This document shows positions 40,069 to 53,127 of a DNA stretch of 64,000 nucleotides, piece by piece. A program made the translations under genes and the position numbers. Under the pieces are notes generated by a model, which did no database searches, was not told the DNA's origin, and was given only the letters and a program-made list of their open reading frames with translations. The stretch lies in assembly GCA_003971905.1 (NCBI GenBank), contig RSEE01000033.1, positions 496,001 to 560,000 of the forward strand. Direction: 5' to 3'. Numbering within the stretch: the stretch's first letter is position 1; every line of letters begins with the position of its first letter. The stretch is from Moniliella sp. 'wahieum' (lineage: Eukaryota).

Positions 40069-41885
40069 TTACAACGCAGAGCGTCCTTGCGTCTCGATCG
40101 GGTAGGAGAGCACCAACAACCACTGAACATGAACTGCACAGAAGAACAAATTGGTCCGATCAGACAAAGAAACTCATCGAGGAAAGAGCAGCAGGGGTGG
40201 GGTGGGAGGGGCAAGGCATGTGACGTACCATGGAAGCTGCGGTGAACAGAGGTGCCGACACGTTCTTTGAGTAGATAGCAATGAGGGGCGAGACCATCCC
40301 GCATAGCCGATTAGCCGCAGCACAGAGCGCGTCCCCAGTGCCGCGGTGCGGGGCCGGGATGAGTTCGGGTGGGAAGAGGTAAAGGACGGCGTACATGATT
40401 TGCTGCGTGAAGGAGACCATGCAGCTGAACGCCAAGTTGGATGCTGACGTCTTGGCCGTGGTGAAAGCGAACATGAATGCACCCGAGAGGAAGAAGCCAA
40501 GGGCCAAGCTACCCTTGCGCCCAACTACAGGCAGTTCCGCCACATAGGCACCCAAGAACGAGCCTGGCAGGGCACACACGGACACGATCACATAGTTGCG
40601 GTACGTGGTATCACCGTGCTCGCGCCTCCAGCCTTGTAGTGAGAAGAGAGATACTGGGCAAGTAGGCCGAGAACAGAGGTGCGGCAATCCCACAAAGAGC
40701 CAGGTCAAGATCAAAGCAGACATGTATACGCCATGCGGGGGCCTTGAAAGAGTGGGGTAATGTGTGACATGCTGGGATAGAACGTACGCCAGCTAATCCC
40801 GACAAACATGGTGGACCAACCACCCTTGTCTTGACCGTCGGCAGTGTCCCCTCCGACACGTGTTCTGGATCTTGTCCAGCCACTTCGCGCAACAGGCGCG
40901 CCGACAAGATCTCTTCCGAGAGGGCTTGCCGTTTCGTCGGGCAATTTCCTGCATTGCCGCTACCGCGCCGCCGAATCACGACCTTTTGAGACGAGGAACT
41001 TAGGAGATTCGGGAATCCTCATTAGAAAGCGGGCGAAAAAGCAAGCAGGGTAATGGCTCCGTAATAAATATGTGTAGCCCAGCCCCAGTTGTCCTTTTTG
41101 AGGCAGGGAGGTGCCCAGCTGCTTTGGCCGCCGGGAGATTGGAGCCATCACATGTATAGTTGGCAATCAAAGGCCAGGCAATGAGAGATGCCACGGCTTG
41201 TCCCAGGCCCAGAAGATGGCCAAGATGGCCACATGCTTTGTTTCCCTGAAGGAAGGACTTCAATGAGAAGCATCCCGTCCACAGGCAGGTTGCCGCCCAG
41301 CCCAAGACCCATACAGGCGACCAGGGCACACAAGGTAACCATATTATTGCGGCACCCCGCAGAGCCCAAAGATACCGGCCAAAAACAAGGTAGCGTTGAA
41401 AGAAAGGCGACGGCCAACGACATCGGCAAGGATGCCCCATAAAGCGCGCCAAGGAAAAGACGGCATATAGAGAGAGAGTCAAGAATTGGTAGTGCACAAA
41501 GCCAAACTCGAGCGACACTTGGCTCAGGATGATGGCCACGCCTTGAAGCCAAAGATTGTCAAGCCACCATCCGACGCACAAAGACCAAACATTTGCCACT
41601 GGAAGTAGCCCATGCCAATGTTCTCGCTCATGACCTTGTTGAGCAGATGAGCCTTGCGGATGTACTCGACGCGCCCCTCGAGGCCTTCGGCGAGGTCAAG
41701 AGCGGAAGCCCCTTGAGACTCGAGGGCATCGGGCAAGCCAATAATTCTCCGCATCGGCCTTGTGATGGATGTCCTTGTCCGATCAGGTCATGAAGGTGAT
41801 CTTCTTGCTTGAGCGGCGACTCGGCACGGACGAGGAGCTGGGGAATGTCGTCGGGATGTACAGAACTTTCGGGGCCAGGGGACAT
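40069..41885 (-). CDS. MFS transporter (SV2/sugar-porter-like fungal group); heavily frameshifted
   Basis: IGMGYFQWQMF, GWWLDNLWLQ, GLGGNLPVDG, PESPKFL, GRKGSL, YAVLYLFPPELIPAPHRGTG, PIETQGRSAL* end. Intron 40134-40228. Confidence 0.8.
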
Positions 41886-43739
41886 TCGGACTGATGGAGA
41901 AGGCGGGAAAGAAGAGGAATCGTCGTGTGGGCGCGCCTTTTTAGATCCACGCTCAGTAAGTCAAGGGAGGGTCCCAGTGTGGCGATTGCGCTTCTGTACG
42001 GCCCTATAGTGACTTGCTGTCATAGAGGAGGCGTCTTGTTGGTGGGGGAACGTGGGCAACATATATCTGGGCTGTGTCTGCGTCGAGTGAGGACTGCACC
42101 AGCTGCACCAGGCAATCACCAGCAGCAGAGGCACCCAGCGTGGCGTCTGGGCTGATGGCTGATGCAGATGGCTGATGCATGATGCACTGAGGGCTGGTGC
42201 AAGGGGGCGCGCCCAACAGTTTTTACTAGTTTTACTGGGCTTAGACGGCGAATGGGCGAGATCGATAACGCGTAACGCGTAACGGAAGCCATGCACATAC
42301 CGGCCACCCCGGCCACGGCGCCAGTGTCTCTCTTGCGCGCCCCCATTCACGCCACCCCCCGGCCTGCCCACCCCCGCCGCCCTCGCACCGCTGGATTAAT
42401 CATGGAACCCCACCCCGCTCCAGAGCAGCCAACATCGGCGCAATGCCAGCCACACGCCGGCACCCGCCCGCATCCGCACAGTGCCTCCATGCCACCCTGC
42501 CTGCGTGGGGGGCTTGCCATTATCACGTTTGGTCACGTGTGCCTTCCGGCAAAACACTGAGACTCAGTAACTCAGTACTCAGTCTGAGTACTCAGGTACT
42601 CAGGTACTTCGTCTGGGCCTTTGATTATAACCGGTCTCAGCCTCTCTCCCGTCCATCGTTGTCCAGCAACACCACACACCATCCGTTCTTTCCCCCATCC
42701 AACCTCTTGAGCGCGCGTTTTTATATCGTTCGCCATTGCTTCAGCCTGAAACTGTTCGGGCAATACCGAAACTCGGAAGGGCTTTTCTCTTCAGTGGCCT
42801 GTATCTTCGAATGGAGAAGCGTGTGATCTCTGAAAACAGACGCAAGGCACAGCGCACGTGGACAAGTGTGGCGTCTCTTCAAGTCTGCCGCCTGTGAAAA
42901 GCAGCACGACCAGTTCAAGTCGATCATTCGACCATGCCCGACCACGGATTTCCAAAACGATGGATGCACAACGGACAATAAGGACAGGTGGGCGAGCAAG
43001 GAACCCGTCGCCGTGACAACTTTTTAGCAATAGTAGGGTCACGGGATTTACTACGAGAGAAGACTATGAGCACAGGTATTCAATACTCAGGTATGCTAAC
43101 CCCCCCCCCCCCTTATGTCCTTGTCAAACATTTTTAGCCTTGTAGAAATAGGCTGCCATACAATCGGTTTCGGACGAATGGCGAAAGGCAAAAGGTGGTC
43201 CGAAGTGTACATTCTCGTTCTATACTGCAGACAAAATTGATAAGCTGTGCCAGGAATAAAGTATAGTATACCGTCGCCCGATGACATTGATCGAGAAGGA
43301 AGTGAGCGAGAACGTGTTGGCCATATATCCCAAATACATTAATCGGTCTCCGTCTTTTTCACGTTAGATGCGTCGCGGACGGCAGTACGTCAAACCATGG
43401 AGTTGGGGATGGAGCCGAGCTACCTTTTTCTACTGACAGTGAGTTCATCGGCCTCTTTTCTATATCTACTCGTCTATATATTTAGAGTCGGGGACCTTAG
43501 ACATGGCAAACCGTCATACGATTCTGGAACGAGTCATGGATGTCTGTGTACACCTAATATACGATGCATGATGCGAAAGGCGGGGGTTAGGAGGGGGAGT
43601 GTCTCAACCACAATTGGGGAGACACAGGGTAATAGGGACGAGAAGAGAAAGATTGGACTCATCGAGAGGTCACAAAAGAGGGAAAAGTAGAACAAGGTTC
43701 TTGTGCCACACTAGTAACTTAATGCTCTTCCAACAACGC

Positions 43740-44222
43740 CGTTTTGACTTATCAGTTAGAAAGAAGGTAGGCACGTCGATCACGGCCACGACAAAGAGGT
43801 GGAGGCTAGGGCTCCAGGTTGGCCAAGTAGTGTGCATTCACCCTCACCACCTTATTGGTCAGACACGGGGGCCAGTACTGCCCCATGTTATCAAAGGCGA
43901 TCAGCTCGATGCCCAGCACCCCGGCTTGGGTGTTATGGGGCATTGGCCACGAAATTTTTGCAGCCAAACTCGTCACTATCTTGGCCTCGACAATGTGAGC
44001 TGCCTGGCATGGCTCTTGGAGCGGCCTCGCCTCCCCGCTTTAGACGGCCACCATCCGCTGGTCTTTCTCCAAGGCCGCTTCAATCTTCTTGTTCAACATT
44101 TGGTGGCGATCCCATTCCGAGCCGTTGAAAAACTTGCTTTGGTGCTTCTTGGACAGATGGTGGAGGGATGGGTCTCCCACTTGCTGTGTTGCAAACTCCT
44201 GCAGTGTGTTGGGAAGAAAGAA
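43740..44222 (-). pseudogene. Decayed HNH-endonuclease-like (HNH_2-type) ORF remnant
   Basis: One minus frame reads ...LEKDQRMVAV*SGEARPLQEPCQAAHIVEAKI...HNTQAGVLGIELIAFDNMGQYW...LEP*, resembling the RD-x-C-xx-SG...AAHI...NG-x-L...FD pattern of fungal HNH proteins. In-frame stops at 44040-44042 and 43806-43808. Confidence 0.35.
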
Positions 44223-44939
44223 TAGTGCCGCGCCATAAGGGACAGAATCTGTCGAGTTTCGGGGGCTTTTTCGTCTTCCCCTCTCTCATTAAGTGTTGAC
44301 GCAGCCTTTTCTTCCCTCCTCCAGTCTCCTTTACGCGTGCAATAGTACATATATCATGTGCATAATGCGGTTTCGCAAGACTTCATGAAGTACCGTCATA
44401 TTCATAGACACACTATCCCGCAGCGCGGTCGTGCATACTGGAAGTCTGCCTGTCCATACCGAAGGCAATTATGGTGTATGTGGCCCCCAAAACACAACAG
44501 AGAGAGAAGGCAAAGAACTGTGTTCCCCCACTGATTGTGACGGCTTGTCCCTGCTTCTTCTGTCCCTGCCAGAGGTTTGCAAAGGCTATGAGGTCCGGAT
44601 GAAAGAGCCAGGCAATGGGCAAAGGGGATTCCACTGTGCCCCTCCCCACCAAGCTTTGGACCTGTTTTTGTATATGGATGAGAGAGCTTATGACCTCTAC
44701 TTCGGACTCAGGATCGTCGATAGCTATACGAGCACCGCATCGGAGGTGGCGGCATGACGCGCGACATGCGACTCAATGTCACGCATCACGTGACACTTTG
44801 GAGCGGAACAGACAAGCAATAGCATGCCATGTGTCAAGGCGGAACCGCCCGGCCGCGTTTGAATTCCGCCAAGGTCGCCTCTTGGACATCGCAATGTGTT
44901 TCCCACCATCATCCGTCCTCGTTGTGCTCCACAAGCGCC

Positions 44940-45257
44940 ATGTCCGACCAACCCTCTGGCGCCAAGGGATCGCCCAACGACTTTCTCAAAAACGTGATTG
45001 GAAAACCAGTCGTTGTCCGTCTCGTTTCGGGGATCGACTATCGCGGCACTCTTACCGGCCTGGATGGCCACATGAACATTGCGCTCGAGGAGACTACCGA
45101 GTGGTCCGAAGGCACGCAAAAGGCCGCCTATGGCGATGCGTTTGTGCGTGGCAACAATGGTGCGTCTTTCTGCCTTTGGATCCCTTTTGGATCCAATACT
45201 GACCCTCCTACTGTTTGGTGCCCAACCTGGACAGTTTTGTACATCAGCGCTGCATGA
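44940..45257 (+). CDS. LSM6: U6 snRNA-associated Sm-like protein Lsm6
   Basis: join(44940..45159,45235..45257): SPNDFLKNVIGKPVVVRLVSGIDYRGTLTGLDGHMNIALEET...YGDAFVRGNNVLYIS (Sm1 and Sm2 motifs, Lsm6 type). Confidence 0.92.
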   Translation: MSDQPSGAKGSPNDFLKNVIGKPVVVRLVSGIDYRGTLTGLDGHMNIALEETTEWSEGTQKAAYGDAFVRGNNGASFCLWIPFGSNTDPPTVWCPTWTVLYISAA

Positions 45258-45469
45258 ATATCCCTTGCCTGATTCTGGATGCATTCATTCCCTATTGTTG
45301 CACGTTTGAGGCCAGGCGAGGGCAGTCTGCACCTCTTGCCACGCGCGGGGCGATCTGTTAGCCTGGGGTCGGTGTGGACTGGGATCGGGTGGGGTTTAGG
45401 CCTTGATGTTGGGTGTCGTGCCGTCGGAGGTGGTGACAGCTAGTTGTCCTGAGCAAATAGGCGGACTCC

Positions 45470-45557
45470 TCACGTGACTGGACAGTTGCCTTCGGGATGC
45501 TGCTCCTGATGAGCTAAGCAGGCAGCGTGGCGAACAGAAGGGTTGCGTAGTCACGTG
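45470..45557. promoter_or_regulatory. Paired GTCACGTG E-boxes upstream of QCR6
   Basis: TCACGTGAC at 45470-45478 and GTCACGTG at 45550-45557; a similar site at 44786-44794 precedes LSM6. Binding by a Cbf1-like factor is inference. Confidence 0.3.
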
Positions 45558-45794
45558 CTGTCGGCCGATTCGGGGGGGGCTGCGAGAAGAGCAGCCGGCT
45601 GGTGCGGAGCCTCTCGGCGCAGCGGAAGGTGCTGGCTTACAAATGGCACGCCAGCCAGGCCAGAGGGGCAGTACGCCGGGAGAGGCAGCGACCAGGTTGT
45701 TCTGGGGCCTACCCTGCTACTGCACAGTGGATCAAGCGCCTGCCACGCTGCTGCTTTCCCGCCACCACTCCCACTCCATCGCCCAGCCGTGACC

Positions 45795-46360
45795 ATGTCC
45801 CTCACCACCTTTGGCGAGCCAGACACAAGCGCCGGCATGTTCGGTGCTGTGACCAGCTTCGTGTCCTCCTTCCTCCCCACCGTCCACGCCGAAGAGGAGG
45901 AGAGGAGGAGAGCGAGGAGGAGGCAGAGGAAGAGGAGGAGGAAGACGACGAGCCCGTGGACCCTCGCGAGGAGATCTACGCTGCATGTGAGGAAAAGGAG
46001 TGCAGCTCCGCCAAGCACCACTTTGAGGAGTGTCAAACTCGCGTGGAGGCTGGCAAGCTTCTCTTCGAGGGTGAAGACTGCATTGAGGAGTTGTACGTTT
46101 TGCCGACCGACCTTATGTCCGCGCCAGAAGCATATTATTTCCTGGCGAGGATCCCATTTGCTGGGAAAGCTAACTCTTTTTGCCCTTTGATCCCCTCGCT
46201 CTACCCTATTCTGTCTTTCTTGCCTGCTTTTGGCCAAGTTGTGAGTCCCTCCCTCTCGTTACCCATGACGACACCACTAACCGCTACTTGGAACCCAGTC
46301 CACCTTACCCACTGTGCGGCCGAGTGCACGGCGCCCAAGCTGTTTGCCAAGTTGGCTTAA
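45795..46360 (+). CDS. QCR6: Cytochrome bc1 complex hinge subunit 6
   Basis: Acidic N-terminus, DPREEIYAACEEKECSSAKHHFEECQTRV, EDCIEEFFHLTHCAAECTAPKLFAKLA*. Exons 45795-46092, 46239-46240 (TT) and 46299-46360; one frameshift in the GAG run near 45900. Confidence 0.92.
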
Positions 46361-46930
46361 TCGTGCACCCCGGTCACGGTCGAGTTGCTGTCCCGATGCC
46401 AACTTGCACACTCGGACTCTGGTGCAAAATGCATATCTACGCAAGCACCTATTTCTTAGTACCTCCCGACTTCAGCTTTTATTCACCGATCTCATCTCAC
46501 CCGATTCACTTTCGACCTAGCCAGGCGAGGAAGAAAGGTACATATTCATCCACTGAGACAAGAACGCACTGGATCCGACTGTTAGATTCGGTAGGAAGAA
46601 GCGGATGTAACACGGGCGTTTAGAGCGACAGAGAGAGGCCCAAGCGATGGCCATGGAACAGAGGCGATGGTAGGTAAAGGAACGAAATCAAGTGAGGAGC
46701 AGTGCGAAAAAACTGGATCAACGTCCGCGAGAGGCTTTAACCAAAGATAGCATGCATCCCAAAGTTGACTGGGATGAGGGCGAGTGGAAGTTCATTGGAG
46801 ATGCGTAGAGCACATTGCGAAGAGCAGGGGCCGCCAGTATGGTCTCAGGCGGTAAAAGGGGGACAGTATGGAGGCGTGAACGGGACCAGGTCCGACAGGA
46901 CGACAGAGAGGATAGCAGAGGAGAGGAATG

Positions 46931-47598
46931 TTAACAGTTGCATGAGTCTTCCGTCTGTGCCCCTCCCCTTAGATCTACCCCCGCCCGGCCGGGACTTGCA
47001 CGGGAAGCAGAAGACGAGGGAGCGTTGCGCGGCAGCTTCTCAGCAATCAAACGGAACAACTCTGTCACGTTGTTCCCCGACTTGGCCGACGTCTCAAGAA
47101 AAAGCAGCCCTTCTTGGGCCGCGTACGACTCAGCCTCTTCTGTTGGCACAGCTCTCGTTTCCGACGCCAAGTCGGCTTTGTTGCCGGCGAGAGCAATGAC
47201 AATGTTGGGATCTGCTTGGCGGTGCAATTCGGCGATCCATTCCTTGGCTTTGGCCAGAGAAGTCTGGGGTTGGGATGGGGTTAGCGAAACCCAACACAGA
47301 TCGAGTCACAACGTACCGCCTGAGTCACGTCGTACACTACCACAGCGCAATTGGCATTGCGGTAATACATCGGCGCCAGCGACTTGTACCGCTCCTGTCC
47401 GGCGGTATCCCAGATCTCGAACTTGACAATGGTGTTGGGGTCGAGGCGAATGGACTGGGTAAGGAAGGCAGCACCAATGGTGGACTCGCGATAGTCGTCA
47501 AACTGGTCCTTGACGAAGCGCATGACCAGCGAACTCTTTCCTACGGCGGACTCGCCGAGCAGTACCAGCTTGAACTGGAACGTCTGTGGTGTGGACAT
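46931..47598 (-). CDS. Rab5-family GTPase (Ypt5/Vps21-like)
   Basis: join(47598..47317,47263..46931). [16 protein letters not shown] (Rab5 effector motif), [29 protein letters not shown]-terminal CxC (SCNC). Confidence 0.95.
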
Positions 47599-48068
47599 GG
47601 GGGCGGACAGGAAGCGGGAAGGTGGGGCAGTGGCAGTGGTGGCGGTAGCAGATGCGTGCTCGCTCTACCCAGGCGTCTGTCAGCTGGGGGGTGGGGCGTG
47701 GCATGCATGACATGCGGCAGGTGGCAGCGGCCGACATGGCACGGATGATCGATGAGATGACGCGATGATCCGGCACAGACCTCGTGCTGGCTGCTGCGCT
47801 GATAGGGCCCTGAAAGTTGAAACGCCGCTCTGATTAGGTAATTGGCCGCCCCCAATGCCGAGCCCTCCCACGTGCTCTCGGCGCTCCCTCGTCCTCAGGC
47901 TCAGTGCTCGGGCAGGGCATGCTGGTGGACCTGGGCAACTCGGATGCCCCGAGTGCAAACACCATCGCATGTGGCACCAGTCGAGACCGACTCCACCAGC
48001 AACATCCATGCCTGGTAAAACACATGCCAACAACGTTACCGTCATGCATTCCATTCGCATGGACGACA

Positions 48069-49406
48069 TCAGATTAAGAGCAAGTAGTAGCACAGATGGA
48101 GGGACGACAGCATTGCCATTATCAGCCAGACGAAGATCACGCCGCTGAGTTGCGCAGGGGGCTGGGCGCATGCGCGGTGTGCGCAGGAGGCGTCACGGTA
48201 CCCGATACTGCCGGCAGCGACTCCTTGCTGTTGGTGTTGGCGTTCGAGCTGCCCCCGAACTGGCACTGGGGTGGGGTTGGCGCTGCTCCTCGCAGCCTCT
48301 GCCTTGGCGAGCTCCAGCTTGTGCAGCTTAGCTTCCAGTCCCGCGATCTTCCCCGCCTCACGCTTAAGCGTTTCCTGGGAGCGGTATGGCTGGGAGGTAT
48401 TGTAGGGCACTTCCGTAAACAACACCGAAACCGACTCGCCATAATGCGAGCGCCGAATCGTCTCGGCCAGCACGTGAGAGATATCAATCTCCTCCAACTT
48501 GGCGCACGCCATCATATTTCGTGTTTGCGGCAGCGTGTTGGTCACAATCAGTTTTTCCAACGACGAGTTGCTGATCCGCTCCAACGCTGGGGCAGAGAGG
48601 ATGCCATGGGTGACCAACGCCAGCACCCGCTTCGCGCCATTCTCGGTCAATTTGCGGGCTGCCAAGTCCAGCGTGCCGCACGTATCCGCCATATCGTCCA
48701 CCAGCACCGCCACCTTGCCCTGCACATCGCCCACGAGCACCATGCGCGACACCTCGTTGGCACGCTTGCGCTCTTTGTGGAACAAGGCAAAGTCCACATT
48801 CAGCCGATCGGCAATCGACGTTGCCCGCTTGGCGCCCCCGGCATCGGGCGAAACAATCACCACCTCGTCCAAGTCTTCATCTCGCGAATGTACTGTAGAG
48901 TAGTCGGTTCAGCGTACAGATTGTCGACGGGTACGTCGAAGAAGCCCTGGATTTGGGACGCATGCAGATCCATCGTGATCACATGGTCGCACCACCCTGC
49001 CTTCTCCAACATGTTGGCCACCAGCTTGGCCGTGATGGGCGCACGTGATTTATCCTTCTTGTCTTGACGGGCATAATAAAAGTGCGGGATAACCGCCGTC
49101 ACGCGCTTGGCCGAGGCCACCTTGCATGCATGAATCATAATCAGAGTTTCCATGAGCGACGTGTTGGGCGACGTAAACGGTTTGCCCACCGTCGTCGGGA
49201 GGCGGTGGGTGTGACACAGGACGTGTTGATAATGTACACATCATACTCCCGCACACTTTCCATGACGCGGATCACCGACTCTCCGGCCTCGTTGCGCGCA
49301 ACCAGCGCTTTGCCCAATGGCAGGCCCAGGCGACGGGCAATCTGGGAAGCCAGCTCCGGGTGAGAGGTGCCCGCAAAGATCTTGATACCACCAGGGTGTT
49401 CTCCAT
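48069..49406 (-). CDS. Ribose-phosphate pyrophosphokinase (PRPP synthetase); frameshifted
   Basis: [78 protein letters not shown]-binding [24 protein letters not shown] at 49406; 3' end approximate. Confidence 0.93.
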
Positions 49407-50325
49407 AGTAGGGATGGATAAATGAGAAGCAGGAAGAGGCAGAAAGAAGAGGCCGGGGCGGGGGGCAGAGAGCGGCTGGGTGGAGGATGCTGCTGCTGTG
49501 GCTGTTCCTGCGGGGCAAACAGGTAGGGTGGTGGTGGAGCTGCAAAGCTGGAAACGGGAAGGAGGAGCCTGGGGAAGCTGTGGACTGGGGCACTGCGAAA
49601 AAATTCAGCGGACGCCGGTTCAATTGAACGTTCAACTGAACGACGACTGGGCTTTGAACGTTCAGTTGGACAAAGCCGGTTTTGAACGTTGAAAGAGCAA
49701 TTTAATTGGTGCGTCGCCATTGGGGTGGGCGTAACCGGTAACCTGCCGGGTACCGGTTGCTGTGGTGTGGCACATGGCTCCCTGGTTACAGGGGCACACC
49801 TGTCGTGTAAGCGCGTAAGCACCCTTTCTGCGACATATACACCGCCGGGCCTTCTCCTCAATCGGCGGTCCACACGTCCGGACGAAGACGACCGCGAGCG
49901 AGAAGGAAAGGATTATATGCTGTGTGAGAGGCCCGCCGCCTTTTTGCACTCACGCGAGGCGCGTGGCTAGTGTGAGCCGCCTGGCTACTGGGTGGGATTA
50001 CCAATGGCAATGATGACGCGTCGGGCTGCTTCAGGCGGCGGGCTATACCAGCTGCGGATGGCCGGGTGCTGGTGGAGAGACATTGCAGAGGCAGGCCTCG
50101 CGAATTCTCCCGGCCGCGACCAGATGGATTAGGGGGCCGGCACGGGGCCAGTATGGCCGGCAGGGTGCCGCCGCTGCGGCAGTTGCCAATTCATTATTCA
50201 GTCCCCTGTACCGATCCTCCCAACTCCACACCCGGCTGGTCGCCGCGGGCCACACCGCCATAAAGCACGGCGGAGGCGCCCGGCGTAGCATGCCTTCTAC
50301 CGCCACCACCACCCTCCCGCCCGCC

Positions 50326-52301
50326 ATGGATGCGCTGGCCCAGCTGCTGCTCGTGGTGCTGGCCATGGCCGCCGGCACCATGCTGTTTGGCGCCTTGCCT
50401 CTCGTCCTGCCTCTGCGTCGCGCCAAGCTGCGGTACGTCGAACTCATCGGTTCGGGCCTGCTCCTCGGCGCCGCATTCACCGTCGTCATCCCCGAAGGCG
50501 TCGTCACTGTCCTCCGCGCAGCCGACTCCCTTCGCCGCTTGCCCGTCGCGTCCAGCACAGACGCCCACGGCGAGTCCCCCTCCCTCCACTGCGTCCCCTC
50601 CCTATTTGGGGCTGGACCGCGAACCAGCAGAGGCCCCCTGCTCCATCTCCTGGGCTTTCATCTCCCCTATGGCGCTTGGTGACCGACGGTGAGACAGTGA
50701 TTGGATCGATGCTCTTACTAGGCTTCTTCTCATGTTCATGTGAGTCTTTCCTGAAGCATGCCCTGCCCTCTCCTCCCAAAAACATCGGTTACTAACCCTT
50801 GCTCAACTCTTCACCAGTCTCGAGCAACTCTCTTCCCGGGCCGACTCGGATCACCATTTGCACCAAAACACAAAGCCACAGGCATCCCTCGTCTTTTGTT
50901 GCACGGCCCTCGATGGCCTCGACCCACGAGGCTGCCCATCCCCCCATTTTGGCACATGCAAACACCCCCATCGCCACCCCCATTCCTACCCCCTCTGATG
51001 CGCATGCACAAAGCCCCCTGCTCTCTGACCAGGCCCGACTCCACTCGTACTCCTCTGGCCATGAGAGTGCCCACGACGATCGAACGATTGATGGGCGGCC
51101 AAGGGCCCATATTTCCCTATCTGTGCCCATCAACAAGCCAATGCCCGAGTCGCGTGCCAGCCGGTCCCTCTTTGTACTCGGTCCAGCAGAGCGGAACAGG
51201 TCTCGGCGACGTTCTCTGTCGGCTCCTGAACATTGTCGTTCCCATTCTCGTTCCCATTCTCGCCCCCATTCCCGTTCCAATTCTCGTTTTCATTCTCGGT
51301 CTCGTTCCCCCTTTCCTTCGCATCTTCACCATCACCATCATACCGACTCTGGTTGTGTGGCAGAGACGAGTGTGATGGTGGGCCACTCGCACCGTCTCTC
51401 GACCCTGGTCCCTCCCCATGCGCCGGGGGCCAGTCTCAAGACTGCTGTGGCCTCCATTGTGGGTCTGCTGATCCATGCGTTGGCCGATGGGGTCGCGATG
51501 GGCGCCTCGGCTGCATCGACGGACGAACAGCTGCGGTGGATTGTGTTTGGAGCGATTTTGATCCACAAAGCACCTACGTCTTTTGGTCTGTGCTCGGTGC
51601 TGCTCGCACGGGGGCTGAGCAAACGCAACACACTCAAGGCATTGGCCTTGTTTAGTCTCTGTACGCCATTGGGCGCCATTGTCATCTACGGTGCGATCCA
51701 GGCCGTGTTCAATTGGAACCACCTCAGTTCCCCGTCCGTGGTTGCCGCGCCGGTCGATCCCGCCTCCTCGGCTGCCGCCTTGCGCCAACTCAGCGTTGGT
51801 GCCACCCTCACTTTTTCGGGGGGCACGTTCCTCTTTGTTGCTATGCACGCTTTGGAGGACGTGACGGACGCGCCGGGCCCCAATGATGAGGTAGGCAACG
51901 AGACAACTGATCGTACCCACCTTGCTCTTCGTCCCACCGGACCCACGGGCAAGTCGACCCATTCTCACGACCCATCTTACGAACCGAACGATTATGACCC
52001 GCATTGGATCTCACGCCAGGACCGGGACGTTGAGTACGACGCTGCTGAAGCCGAAGTCGAACCTGATGGCGATGGCGATGCTGATGCTGACGCGGAAGCT
52101 TGGGATGAGCATGCGCAGTTGCGTAGCTTGTCCTCCAGTTCGGTCAGCTCTCTGACCAGCTCCGCCTCGCTCGCCTGGGGAAGCGACCAGGGGCAAGCCA
52201 GGGCCGAAAAGGTATCTCAATCCACCCGGTTGACATTGGTCTTTGTAGGGTGTTTGCTGCCCAAACTTCTCCAGCTCACCACGGGCGGTCATGGCCATTA
52301 A
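50326..52301 (+). CDS. ZIP-family Zn/Mn transporter (ZIP9/Atx2-like)
   Basis: GLLLGAAFTVVIPEG, MFI|LEQL (intron 50740-50817), His-rich loop, GLLIHALADGVAMGAS, AILIHKAPTSFGL, FSGGTFLFVAMH, C-terminal GGHGH. Confidence 0.88.
51240..51310 (+). repeat. Degenerate 12-bp coding repeat (TCCCATTCTCGT) encoding the SHSR units of the ZIP loop
   Basis: Translates as SHSRSHSRPHSRSNSRFHSRSRS, followed by HHHHH. Confidence 0.7.
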
Positions 52302-53127
52302 TCAGATGACTAGCTATCCGTCCCGATGTATCGTCGTTGTCTTTTCTTTCCTTGGCACCTAGTTGATCCGACTTGCACCCCTCCAGTTAATCGCCCTGTC
52401 GCATGGCCCGCACATGGGGGACAGTCATCTCACTGCTTGGGCACCAATGGGACCCGACGGGCATTTGTCAGACGCTGCCTTGAGTACCAGCAGCCTCATC
52501 GGGGCAACCCAACGGCCAGGCACCTGCGCTGGGCCCCTCCGCGCCCCTCCGTTTCTCCTATTGGACTCCGTCCGTGGGGCCAACAGTATGCACTTGTATC
52601 TTGTCGCAGCGCCCTAACCAACCCTTGGGTTTCATTTGCCGTCCTCAGTCCTCAGTCCTCGGCCTTCAGCCCCTAGTCATCCGCCCTCAAGCAGCTAGTG
52701 TTGCTTTGTAGGTCCGTCAATTACACTTGTCCGGCGATCCGGCTGGGACCAATCAGAGCACAGTGCTGAGCTCAGCCCTATAGCCTTGAGAGAATGAAGG
52801 TAGTACGTCTCCAAACCCTGGTCCGTCGGCTCTCCTCCGCGACGGGCACGCCAGTGAGCGTAAGCGTCAAGGTGGTCTCCCCCGCTTCTTGCACCAGGGT
52901 GGTTGGTAAGTGGTCAGGATGCCCAGCGGGCCAAGTGAACAGACTCTAGCTCTGGATAAGTTCTTCGGCGGTACCGACGATACCGTGGGCCCGTCACGTT
53001 GCCCCCAAACAGAGAAAATGCACCGCCGAGGGTCCCAAGGTGACCTGCGCCCCGGCGCCTTGGTCTACATTGGGAGCAGTTGCGCGTTGGTCAGCAGTCC
53101 CACAAGTGAGCCGCACTGCTCATCGAG

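Noticed and set aside
43599..44225. 208-aa + strand ORF
   Set aside because: Better explained as the antisense frame of the HNH-like relic on the minus strand.
48096..49067. 323-aa + strand ORF
   Set aside because: Antisense shadow of PRPP synthetase.
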